A DNA stretch of 64,000 nt from Epithemia pelagica (lineage: Eukaryota > Protista > Bacillariophyta), in the NCBI GenBank assembly GCA_946965045.2, contig OX337239.1:1984001-2048000 (forward strand). The letters are read 5' to 3'. Numbering within the stretch: position 1 is the first letter of the stretch; each line of letters starts with the position of its first letter. A program made the position numbers and the translations under genes. The notes below the pieces were generated by a model, which was not told the DNA's origin, searched no databases, and worked only from the letters and a program-made list of their open reading frames with translations. Below are positions 1 to 12,200 of the stretch, in pieces.

Positions 1-2141
1 TCTTTTGTGTGACCTTCGATCGGCAGTTCTCTTCCCTCCGACATCTCCAATTCTTTGTTACCATTCTCTCCCCCTTGTTCTATAGCTTCTGCTTCGAAAC
101 TGTGCTCGGTTATGAACACAATTTCTTCTTCAAGTTTGTTGGCGACGAGGTCCGTCCTATCAAGTTCTTTCCAATGGTCGTGTTCGCTTTCTCCAGAGGC
201 AAACGTTTGTCTTATATCGTCGCCATTGGCGAAATAAATTTGCCCAGCGTAGTCACTGCGCCACAGTTGATCCATCGCTTGTCTATCTTCTTCTCCCAAA
301 ACGCTCCTTTCCACTTTATTTCCTTCTGTGCGGTCACTGTGCCAAAGTCGATCCATCGTGGGTCGTTCAACTCCTTCTGTATCATGCGTTCGTATTGAAG
401 TTCCGCTTGTGTCTGCAAGCGCCGACCTACTCATGTTGTCACTGTGAGGTTTGATCACGATGTCCTCTCCATAATGTTCTTCTTGTTCTTGCACTTCATT
501 CATTTCTGATTTATCGTCGCTTTCGTCTCTCATGACAGACCCTCCCACCTCCGCATGCGGATAGCTGAAAGGATCATATTCTCCAAGTTCTATGTCCGTA
601 TGTTGATCATGATAACTTTGAATCGTTCCACCTCTTTCCTCTTCATCGATGTCTTTCATAAAGAACCCATGTTCCTCTTCACTCTGGTTTTTGATTGGGG
701 TGCTCAGAATGCTTTCCCTAAGATGTCTTTCAATCTCTTCTGATTGATCATTGTCTATGTCTTGCCCAGCGAGTTCTGTATTCTCGAAATTCTGATCGTT
801 GCAAAGGTCACTCCCGCCCAGTTCCATATCTTCTTTTGAGTTTAGACTAGTTCCATTCGCTTGATGATTTTCCTCCTCATCGTTTCTTTCTCTTGCGTTT
901 TCTCTGCTCACCTCACTGTGGTCACTTCTGCTTTCTACATCCTGGATTGGGTCATTTTCCGGTTGGATTTGGTCATAGTGTGAGGGACTGGTGATTGATG
1001 CTGGAATTTGATCTGCGGTTGCCTTTGAAAAAGTCGTGCTAAAACCATCATCTTTCCGGATTACAACTGCCGGGCTTTCTGGGGCTTGCGGGTTATCGTT
1101 TGTCACAGCATCGATGCGTTTTGATGCGTCAATTTCATGGTCGTCTGAAATACCCTGCTGGTGAACTCCTCCGATACAAGGCGATTTCCCCATTTCTTCA
1201 TCATGTGGCTCATTATTTCCAAGGGGATGTTGATTGTAGTTTGATTCAAAATGCTCATCATTCATTGAAGTGACAGAGTCTGTCTCCGTCTCCTCCATAT
1301 CCATATGGTTTATTCGATACTCTTTATCATCCATGTCGTCTTTACAATCCTCCGTAACATCCCCCGAAACCCCGTTGACGTCGTAAGTTCCTCCTCCTTC
1401 CGCTGTTCGATGTTGCGGTGGTCGCGGCCGTGGATTCGGTATACGATCAAACACTCGTCCAGTTCGTGGTCGGTCCTTGTGATGGGTACTGGAAGCGACA
1501 CTGCATCCATCCGTTTCCGTCGTCATGTCGTCGTCAGTATCCGTTCCCGACTTGGCGGAGCTGCGGGACGGAAAAAATGGCACAACAAACCGTCGAACTT
1601 GGTCCAATTGATCGGGGTCGGCGCCATACAACATGGCACAGGACTGCAAATACAAGGCCGGAGTCAAGTTTCCCATGGCGACCATGTCGTGTTGCCGTAA
1701 GTAAGTTGTGCCTTCAATATTGATTCGAATATCACTGATTGGGTCTATCTCCACACCCGGACGCATCTGGCCACTAATTGCGCCAAGCTAGAGGTTCAAG
1801 TGAGCAAAAAGTTATATATTCGTCAGTCCAGCAGCAGGAAAAATCAAAGACACCAATTTCTCAAATCGGTTCTTTCTATATGTTGAAATACCACGTACCA
1901 AGGTAGACTTTCCCGTTCCGGATCGTCCCATCAAGCCATTGACGGTTCCTGGTTTCAGATGCAAATTCACCTGATCCAATAATACCTGCCCAGTAGCGGT
2001 CAAGTGAACCGTCAAGTCTTTCATTTGCACACCCACAACAGGGGGTCCATGTCGTCGTCTCGATCCCACACGTTTGAGTTTCTCCAGAATGCTTTTACTA
2101 CTTGCAAGAGTACTACTACTCTGCAGTGCACTCGTCAGGGA
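1..2141 (-). CDS. ABC-type ATPase (ABCG-like NBD, N-terminal part) followed by a very long acidic low-complexity region; runs off the window start
   Basis: Walker A GRSGTGKSTL continues as LGAISGQ after a phase-0 intron 1898-1788 (GTACGT...CTAG); Q-loop-like TTYLRQHD; manual translation shows the frame open from 1787 to base 1. The frame is open upstream to 2141, where a single TAG separates it from ORF 2142-3410. Confidence 0.75.
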
Positions 2142-4134
2142 CTAGAACGAGTCGGGAGTGGTCCTGTCGGCCATGGTGCGGCGGTTCGGGTGATTGTCAC
2201 CCTCTCCATGGTCGTCCTTTGTATCGTCCTCCTCGGGATTGTCATGGTCTCGAGGATTACCGGTGCTACTTCGTCGATTCTTGCATTGGGAACGCCATTG
2301 CGTGAATTGGTTCCTCTGATACGACACCCCGTTGTGGAGAAAGGCCACAAGGTTGGACAGGACCGGTCCAGCCTGACGGGATCGAATCACGAGACCCAAC
2401 AAGACAACGAGTACCAGGTAGAGGAACCACTGAATCCGCAAGGTACGATTCACTTCGTGGTAAGTGGTTTGGACTTGAACCAATGCTTGACAGGCATTGG
2501 TAGTAATTTCGTCGTCGGTTCCCAACACGACACAATTGGGTCCAGCACAGTCGGCCACCATCATGCCAACCGTTTCATTGGCCGGCAAGAGGGCCGAGAC
2601 ACCGGTCGACACAAACAATCCCAGAGCCGTGCGCAGAGAGGTTCCATGGACCGTGGCATAATTCCACGAATCGACGTCAAACCAAAAGGTAACATCCAAT
2701 TCCTTTCGAGCGGTTGTGGTCAAGCCGTATCGCCCCGGACGGCAGGAGGACCGAAAGGATTGGAACATGTCGTCGTCCTGGGAATTCGAATCCGTAGTAA
2801 TAGGATCACTGTAGTTGCTCTGGTGGAACAAGGGCAGTTCATACGTTTCACAAGCCAAGTGATTGACTTCCATGGAGGGGACCAGAAAGCCACGCGTCAA
2901 ACAGGAGGGCATCATCCATACCACGGAAGGCAATTCATCCATGGTGATGCCGTCAGTTTCTTCTTGTTGTCGTCGTTGTTCTTGTTGTTCATTGGTATTG
3001 TTGGCCGGGCACATGGGTGGTGCTCCTACCAGCGAGGAGGGATTCCCAAACAGTGTTTCTTGTGTGGCTCGGATTCGTGATCCGGTCCATTCACCAATGG
3101 CACTGTTCTGTTCCACGGCATGACTGTGGGTTGTCGTGGCATCGGGAAAGAGGGCATTCATGGAAACGGCCACCGTGTTGAGATCGTACGTGGAATCCAT
3201 GAGCAAAAAGGATTCTGGCACAGACGCACTCGTCGACGAGGATACCGAAAAGACACTGTTTCGTGCCAGACAGTGGGTCGAGGCACAACACACCAGGGAT
3301 GACAATTCCTCATTTTGGGCGGTGACATTGCACAAGGGAAACTGTTGGTAATCTATCACGTCTCCAAACAAGTCTTGTTGTGAACCATCTTGGCTCGGAT
3401 GATCTTTCATGCTGTCTTGGCTAAATCAAGGACGAATCGGCCACAATCTTGAGTTGCTGAGCACCCACTTGGAGTGCCGCCGCGCGTATGGCATCCATAT
3501 GATTCAACACACCCAAGGCTCCAGCCGACACACCCACCACAACGAGTTGATTGACAGGGTGGTGATGGTGGTTGTCACTGGAGGAGGTGGTAAAAAGTTG
3601 TTGTTGTTGTTGTGCGTCATCTTGGGTCACGACAAAGGCATCTCCCCCCGAGGAAAACGACGACGACGATGACGACGACGACAAGCGTTGAATTTGGTGG
3701 ACAAAGTAGTCGAGGACGGCTTGAAACTGCCCATGACCGTGTCGATAAATGCCACTTTGTTTCATGACACCCGAGCCCAAATACAAGTCTTGCGAACAGT
3801 AATAGACGGCAATTTTGGCATAGTCATGCAATACTGGATTAATGGTTGGATCATTGGAAAGCACCGTGTCGCCTTGAATGTGGGTCGGCGCATATTTGGA
3901 CGACAAGCGAAAGGGTTGTCTCGCCATGGTATCCAGACATTCGCGTTCGGTACGACAGACACCGCCACCCATAAAGACAATCAAGTAATTGTTCTTGGTG
4001 GCAGTCGTTGGTTCTGGTGGGGATGCATTGTTCGTCGAATGGGGATGATGCGACCAATCCTGGTACAAGCCGGTGGGAGAACCGTCTCCGCAGTGCGCCT
4101 GGGATTCGTCCAAGGATATCCATTCCAAGGGCAT
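2142..4134 (-). pseudogene. Pectin acetylesterase/Notum-family esterase domain plus a C-terminal TM helix, split by a 1-nt frameshift at about 3421
   Basis: PAE/Notum motifs HCGDGSPTGLY, VFMGGGVC, YYCSQDLYLG, nucleophile elbow GVSAGALG, then LKIVADSS. TCC TTG ATT TAG (3421) reads on as ATT AGC CAA GAC AGC ATG into ORF 2142-3410 if one T is removed. TM-like WFLYLVLVVLLGLVI. Confidence 0.7.
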
Positions 4135-4604
4135 ACTAGCGAATTAACTCATGCAGGAAGAAGGAGAGACGTCGTGGAGGGATGAAAGATCAGGTGGTGA
4201 CGAGAATGACAGAGTTCTCTTGGTTGTATCGAAAGTCGAGAGATGTGGAGGGAATCCTCATCCATTTTGTGAGACGACAAATAGACCCTATACAACGATA
4301 TAGTGTATGTGTACACTCTTTCAAACGTCCTCAACGCCCACTCAACGGTCGAGCGCATAAATCCTTCCATCTCTTGCTATTCTCCTTGGAGTATACCATA
4401 GCTACTGGAATAGGCAAGAGGAATAGTTGGACAAACAAACCCTAGTTCTCTCTCAATACTTCATGGCATGTCTGAAAGAGACGAATATATCAAAGTCAAA
4501 GGGTACCATGAATCTCCAAGGGCATCCATGGTTTGGAGAGCCTTGATCACGTTCCCCCCTTGCTCTCACTCTAATAATGTGATCGTACGCCGCCAATCTA
4601 TCCA

Positions 4605-5742
4605 TCACGACTGGTAAAAGTAACTCTCCATATCGGGTATCCCACACGAATCTTGCAAATACCCCGACACCATGAGTTGCCCCCATGCCTGGGACAAGGT
4701 TTGTCCTCCCCGATTTTGACACAATTTGATCTTTTTTTTCAATTCCACATAGCGACGTTGGCTGCGACCATAGTCGGCGAATTGGTTCGGCCCCGCCGGA
4801 GGAATGGCCTTCATTTCCTGCAAGCCCGTCGCTCGATTCAAGGAGGCCAAGAATCCATTGAGAGCCTGGCGTCCCTCCTCCCAGGCCTCCACGGCCTGGG
4901 GCACGGCGGTGGCATCAATCTCGACCGGCAAGTCGCGACGAATGCCTGATGTGGCCTTTCCAATTCGTGCCTGGCAAGAACGAAACAAGGACCGCGGCAT
5001 GGTTTATTGGGTTCAGAACAAAAGGAATGTCCCACCAAAAAGCAACATTTGGTTTCGAACGTGTTACGTACCATCGCTGGACAAATATATAGAACAAATC
5101 AAGAGTGAAACCCAATTGTCTGTATCAGTGCATCTTCCTCCAGCATACACACAAGACGCTATCCGCATTACACGTACCTTTTTCAAAGGCAAATTGCGCA
5201 TCGCGCATTTCATCGGCGGTATCGGGTGGCATGGACAAGCCGAGAATTCGCATCGTGTTGGTAAATTCCCGTTCCATTCGACTGGGGATTCCCTGTCCAC
5301 GATTGTTATTTACTTGAAAGAGTTCTCCAACTTGGCCCCATTCACTGGAATCCTGCAACAGTTGTTGGAGTTCAAAGACATAAAAGTCGGCCGACGTTTG
5401 CAAGGGCACTCGATATTGAAGATAGGACCGTACCGCGTCCGGTGGCAACTCTGGGTCCAAATCGTCCGGACCGGTAGGTGTCACAACGGCCCAACTTGGT
5501 TGTGGTTGCACCGCCCAAACTGCAGCAGTCGTTAGCAAGGAGGAAGCGAACGTTGTTTGGAACACACCGCGACGACTCATCACGACGTGATTGGGATCCG
5601 GTGCCCAACCATCATCATTTAGTTTCTCAGCCCACAATCGAAGATTCCGCTTCTGGATTGGACAGAGATGGAATCCCAGGCATTCTGTCGAGTATAGACA
5701 TGCAAACACAGCGAATGAAATCACAGTGCGATGCAGCACCAT
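4605..5742 (-). CDS. Plastid thylakoid-lumen protein of unknown function (signal peptide, transit peptide, twin-arginine Tat signal); exons 5742-5178, 5076-5072, 4970-4605; 311 aa
   Basis: Hydrophobic signal MVLHRTVISFAVFACLYSTECLGF; Tat signal SRRGVFQTTFASSLLTTAAVWAVQPQPSWA; two 101-nt GTACGT...CAG introns around a 5-nt exon give a 936-nt open CDS. Confidence 0.8.
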
Positions 5743-6078
5743 GGTGGAGAGATGGGTTCGGTTCCGGATTGCAGTTGCAGGGTATCTTGGAAGCATCACG
5801 TCGTCGTCGGAGAGGTGGATTGCGATCCGCGACCGATCTTCTTTTTCACTGCCCACACACGGGGAAATGGATCTTTTGATTCACGACTCAATACCTCCAA
5901 CCACGATCCACGATACGGAAGTTGACACCCGCCAAAGAACCATGATGGTCTCACATAATATATATCTGACATTCGGATGATGGTGCCAATTCCACCATGG
6001 CACGCAACCATCAACTGTGACACAGAAGAAGACGCCCGATCACAGCAAAACAAGAAGTGAACATCATCTGCTGGTGCA

Positions 6079-7780
6079 ATGGATGGATTGACGATAACGC
6101 GTGAGGATGCCGAAGGATCCACTGCAGGGTCGTTGGCCCCAATCCGTAGTGTGTCGTCACGTCAAGGCAATGATGCTGATCATGGTGTTGATGATGAGCA
6201 TCCCGAAACGGTGACACGAGCAACAACTGGTGATCCAAGCAGGCAAGCCACCAATTCAACGACGACAAGACATGGCATTCCTCCCATTTCGTTGGAGGAT
6301 GAACAAGACCGAACCTGTTGTTCCGGTTGATACTGTCGTCGTTTGTGCTGGTTCTTTTATTCATGGCTATTGTTGTTCTGTGATGGTTTGTGCTTTGTGG
6401 CCTATGTATTGGTCTTGCTGCCAGGCTTTGTCCGTTTTGCATGGTATTATTTTGTGACGGCATCCAATCGAACAAGTGTTGCCTATGGAACTGGACGACG
6501 ACAAACAGTGGATGTATACAAGGTCGTCGAACGACCAACCTTGCTGTTCTCAAAGAGATGGACCTCCTTCGTCGAATGCCAACCAGCAGGGTGATTCCAA
6601 TCCCCGCAATCCTACGAGACAACTGCATCCGGTTGTCTTGTTTGTTCCAGGTGGTGCCTGGATGATTGGCTACAAAATGTGGGCGGCCTTGACGGCACGA
6701 GTGTTGACACACTTTGGCATTGTGACAGTTGTGGCCGATTATCGGAATAATCCATTTTTCATGTTTCAATCGTCTTGCTGTCCTGCAGGCGGTTGTGGGG
6801 GTTGTTGTTGTTGGTATCCACAAATTCCTGACATGGTCCGTGATGTATCCATGGCAATTCAATGGACCGTTGACCATGTGGCAGACTATGGTGGAGATCC
6901 ACAACGCATTGTTCTGGTAGGACAATCGGCCGGTGGGCATTTACTTACCACTGCGCTGCTCCAAAAAGCAATAATGGAACAATCTCTGTCATCTCCAATG
7001 GACGACCAAAATGAACAAGTCACATCACCATCATTGCACACACAACAGCCTGTTACTGAACGCAGTGCGCCTCCAGCACATGAGCAGTTTCAAGAGCAGC
7101 AATTGGTCACAATTGCCAGGAATGATGATGATGATGATGATGATCGAGAAAACCCTCGCATCCATCGTCGTGAGTGGATTCCGACGGATATGTGTGGATT
7201 GGTCTCCGTGTCGGCACCCTATAATTTTGACATGATGACTCGAACGTTTCGTCGTCATGGTCTTGATCCTCATGTCGTTTGGAAGGGAATGTTTCAACGC
7301 AATCAGCAAAATCCAAATGACTATGACCCACTGCACTTGGTTCAACAACGACTCGCCCGGTATCGCCAGGATACGGCCTTGTCACAGCACTCGGACCGAT
7401 ACTCGGGGGATTCTCCAGGACTTCATCTGCCACGAATGGAACTATGGCATGGGTTGCGGGACAAAACCGTTCCGTGGGAATCCGCGCAACTGTTTGGTGA
7501 GGCACTGGCAGAGTTACAATCCCACTCTCAGTCCACACGTCAGAGTGTACAGTATCGATTGTTTGAGACATGGACGCACACGGATGCCATTCTAGAAAGT
7601 CCTCTGAGTGGATGTCATGAATTCCACAAGGAATTGTTTCATTTGGTTCACGAATGGACCATGACACACGAAGAGGACGTTGGAGTATTTCCACATTGGC
7701 AGGATGATCATGGTGTCTTAAAACCCATGTGGTGTCCAACTTGTTTGGCGCAATTGGGAAGATTCTTTATCCCATTCTAG
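6079..7780 (+). pseudogene. Isoprenylcysteine methylesterase (ICME)-like alpha/beta hydrolase; 5' part disrupted
   Basis: VVLFVPGGAWMIGYK, VVADYRN, YGGDPQRIVLVGQSAGGHL and catalytic D/H region (DKTVP, WTHTD) in ORF 6476-7780. The conserved LLPGFVRFAWYYF...VAYGTGRRQTVDVY segment is in another frame (6343-6594), which also has an in-frame TGA at 6328. Confidence 0.7.
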
Positions 7781-7968
7781 AAACTAAAATAATCAGAGTC
7801 AAGCACTAGAAATTACCCGTAGGGTCTTATCCATTCATGTTTCAACATGCTGACACTGCAACAACATAAAAGTATTCCTTCATGCAAGAGAACACAAACT
7901 CTCGACCTGTCTCATCTCATTACGTAATCTGATACAAATAATATATACGACCGACTCTTGAGGAAAAC

Positions 7969-8962
7969 TTAACAGTTGTTCTCGTTATTGTCGTCTCCTT
8001 CAAAAAAGTTGGCATTGATAAAGACGGCAGTTCCCGACAAGAGTGCCTTTTGCTCCGTGGTGGCATTGTCTGGAAATTTGATATCAAACGCCTGGGCATC
8101 GGTAAAAATTTCCACCATGGCCGACTTGGGCTTCTTCATGATCAAGCCCACATAGGGTTGGTCACCACCGGTGTTGCCTTTCTGGTCGGCGGGGTACACG
8201 CGGAAGGAAACTTTACAACATCCCTTGCGCGTACAAGGGTTGCCTTCGGCGCCACAATTGACACAACAACCACCACAACATGTTGGTTGATGGAGGATAT
8301 AAAGTGGCTCTTGGTTGTAGTCGGAAATCGTAAAGGTTGGAATGCAATAGTAGTACTTCTCTTGGATGGATCCCAGCTCTTGTCCACCCGAAGAAATGGT
8401 GGCAATTTGATAACAACAGCACTTGCACGAGCCCATGCAACATTTACAAGGACGATCTACAGTGAGAATCTCTGCATCCGTGTTCAACTCTTTGACTTGC
8501 ATTTTGAACCTGAAAACATGACACGGCACACAAAGAAATGAGACGGAGGTGCACGACTTGCTCTCAGTGTTCGTCGCACGGAGACAAAGCAAACGTACGG
8601 GTGACAAGGAGCACACCAGAATCGGCAGCAGCAGCTGGCGTCTTCCAAGGAATGAGCAAACTGCGTTTCTCCAATGAACCATTTGAATTCGGTCCGAGCT
8701 TCGCATCCGCAGCACTCCTGGAGCCACCCACGACGGGTCTGTTTGAGGGCAACGATCCCATTCAAGAAATTCACACACAAAAATGGGTGAGATCATTCTT
8801 CCGAAACGAAAAGACGTATTTACGGTTTTGGTCCTCCTATCAACACTAGAGTGTCTGTCGAATTTACTATGGTCGCACCTGTCGAATTTCAATCTCCTTT
8901 GGTTCCGCAAAGTGTGCCTTCATGGAATCCGATCCACGGTCCATCTTCTGGGCTGTCGTCAT
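7969..8962 (-). CDS. Phospholipid scramblase family protein, 254 aa; exons 8962-8879, 8738-8599, 8509-7969
   Basis: Cys-rich scramblase-type motifs (QTRRGWLQECCGCEA, EDASCCCRFWC, VDRPCKCC, FTDAQAFDIKFP, EQKALLSG); GT-AG introns 8878-8739 and 8598-8510 restore one frame of 765 nt. Confidence 0.85.
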
Positions 8963-9062
8963 CTTCAACGTTGATGTAGCAAGCGAGGGTTGTATCTCTT
9001 CGTTGTATCTCTGCCTATTGCTTACGAATACGGTTGGTTTGTGAAGCAAAATGCCGCGAGTT

Positions 9063-9276
9063 TGTTGAAACACAACTCCGGTCGTACCGTACAAGTAACC
9101 ACTAGAGATGATCTCGTGTTATTTTAAAAAGAATGAGCCTCCTCTAGGCTCATTTGTTTGTTTCGCCTCGATCTTTTGCCTATGACTCTGACGTGTCACC
9201 AAAGTCCATTGGGCCTTTTCCTCTTCAGTCGCACTTTTCGTTTCCTTTGCCTTACTCGCATCCACTTGTCCTAACA
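9063..9276 (-). repeat. 3' LTR of Copia-1
   Basis: Direct repeat of 14726-14939. Confidence 0.97.
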
Positions 9277-12200
9277 CACTCCTTCGCGAGGAATGGTATT
9301 TACTAGTTCTCGGGATATTCATTAGGGCATCACGAAAAGTATAGAAGATGGATCCTTGCAACGGCTTCGTGTGGAAGTCAGCGATCATTTCTTCAGTCGG
9401 GCAATATTCAATTCGTAAGTCTTTCTTGTCAACACGATCCTTGATATAGAAATATCTGATGTTGATATGTTTTGTTCGTTTGCTGCTTGAAGCACGTCCA
9501 TTTTTCTCGAGCAAGATGGTACTCTCGTTATCTTGATACAAGATCACGTCCTTTATTGGATAGCCTTGGGCCTCCATAAATTGCTTACTCCACATGATCA
9601 ATGGAAGTCCATCGTGGACCCCAATTAGTTCGCTTTCAGTCGAACTTCTGGCAACTAATTTTTGCTTGCTTGACATGCTCAGAGCAGCCCCTTGTCCCAT
9701 TGACATGACTGCTCCAGTATGTCCACGCATGTTTGGATGAATTGCGTATGACGCATCAATCCACCATTTGACAATGCCACTCCCATCACAGTTGAGGCGT
9801 AACAGGAGGTCTTTTGTCGACTGCAGGTATTTCATCAGTCGGGAGAGTTTCCTCCAGTCCTCCTCAGTCGGCTCAGAAACTCGAGTACTCAAGAAAGCCA
9901 GAGTTGCTCTCAAATCAGGTCGTGCCCGTTGGGCCAAATACATGAGCTGCATAGTGAGACTATGGAAATAGTCGGCTTGGTCTTGTTTCAGTTTTGGGAA
10001 CTCTTCTGTCACCATGAAGAGATGATTAGCTGCTGGTGTCAAGGCTTTGCCATGAAATTCCTTTGGCGCTTCCTCAATCAATCCTTGGATGTATAATTGC
10101 ATATCGACCATAAGGGTACCGGGCTCACTAAAGTCCAACCACATTCCCAGATAATCATGACGCTTGCCACGTGAAATGGACAGTTCACCAAGGGTGACAA
10201 AAGTGTTCTTCAAATCCTCGATGATTTGCGTTACCACGGCAGGATCTTTGTGAGAGATCTTAAGATTGTCCACATGCCAGGTAAGAGTACACTGATGGCC
10301 GTTGATTGTTTTGTTTGCCACACAAGAATCGTATGGATTAATCTCGAAGCCCCAGCTTTTCACAACACTTGTGAGCTTCTCCCAAAATAGTCTTGCTCCT
10401 CTGAGTGTACCGTATAGAGCTCGTAGTAATTCCACATATATAACTTTTTCTCCACGTTCATATACCACAAATTGTTCATAGCTTTTGTCAATTTCGATCA
10501 AGAGGTCGACCATCAGTCCCGTTATGCGCATATAGACGTCCTTGTCCATGATTACTTGCATAAATACACCTGGGATGTCAACTACTGCCACCTCTCGCTT
10601 CTCCATCGCGTCAACTATTGCCGTGATAAATACCGCCTCGGTTGATACTGTTGGTGAGACTGTGTCTTCCTTTGCAATATGACCCCGCTGCTTTCTACCG
10701 TCTGCACAACCACGACCTTTGATCTTCCCATTCCTTTTTCTCTTTAGGAACATCAAGTATCCTAAGGCTTGGCGAATTTGTTCTTTCGTAAGTTGGCTTT
10801 TGTGAATTGCCCAAATCACGTCCCGGTCATGAAGTTGTAGAACTTCTTTCTTTACTGCCGAGACTCCCAGATCTCCAAACATCCTCACTCCTTGTTTCAT
10901 ACCCATCTGTGGAGTTTCGTTGGTAGCGCTCGTCACATAGATATCATGGTCATATCTATGCGCGTAGCTACGTTCTCTATTTGTACGTAGATTGTATCGT
11001 CGTTCAGATGGGTCTCTGTCACCACTTGGTGCTGCAGTGGGTTCTGTTCTGGGTTCTGGTTCCGGGGCCGGCTAAGCTTGGTTCTCTGCTAACATGCTGT
11101 CTGCCACGGCTTGATCAACAAAATATTCTATATTTTGTTTGTCCTGTTGGTCAATCTCATTTGCCAATACAGGATTTTCATTGAGTTCTCCTTCATGATA
11201 CTGCTCCACTCCTGGATTTTCAGCTGGAGCATTGATCGGACCATCGAAAGGTTCTCCTTCTACTGATGGTTGGTCGAATACTTGATCATCGTTTTCCACA
11301 TCCTCCACTCCTTGATCCCCCACTCCTTGATTTTCCTCCATCTCCTCCATTGGATCACCTAATCCTTCCTCTTCCTCACCGATGACCTCCATACCCAATC
11401 CATGGTTTTCGTCTTCCTCGTCTACCTCTTCATCCACTTCTTCTAGCTCGCCGTCAATATACTCTTCATCATACCTAAGATCAATATCTTGCTCTTCTTC
11501 GTCAACAATGAATTCCTCATCGTTTGATTCATCATCATCATCATCAAATTCGAGGGCTACAATTCGGTTGTCACGGTTGCCAAATGCCAAATTAGGGTAC
11601 CGATCTTGCGCATTGGTTAAGTCATACACGCGTTTTTCGATGCCTTCAGGCATTGGCACAATTGTTGCATGATTCCTGTTGATGATTCGGCCAGTGACCA
11701 GGCTCATGAAGTAGTATCCTCCCTGGCGGTTCCCTGTAGGGCGAAGGGCAATTGCTCCCACTGTTCTTGGTCCCATGTTGTTTGAATGCTGCTCGTGGGT
11801 TTGGACGTACTGACCAAATTCAAATTTGCAGTGACGATAAAAGTCAATCATTTCCCCAGTTACGAGAGTTCTAGGACTGAGCGTGTTGGAAAGTCCTTGG
11901 GATGCTGGAAAAGCGTTCAGCCAATAACAAGCATACTTTGCCAGTTCAATCACCATAATTCTTGGGACATAGCAAAATGGGAGTGTGTTATAAACACAAC
12001 GCATTCGTTCCTTGAGCGTTCGTATGTATCGCTCCACCTCACCAACATGTTCTTCTCTTGAAGTTGGGTTGAGCTTGATCCCAATGTTGTTGAGTGCTGC
12101 ATTGATCTCTGTCGTATCAAAGGCTCCATCAGCTAAGAGAACACGTGGTCTCAGATCTCCTCGTCGATATATTGACGCTACCTGTTTGATTGCCGTAATG

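Noticed and set aside
2004-3080. 358-aa plus-strand ORF (also 36113-37723, 35589-36404, 27382-27954, 59803-60654 and similar)
   Set aside because: Antisense or alternative-frame shadows of real genes with repetitive codon use; no motifs.
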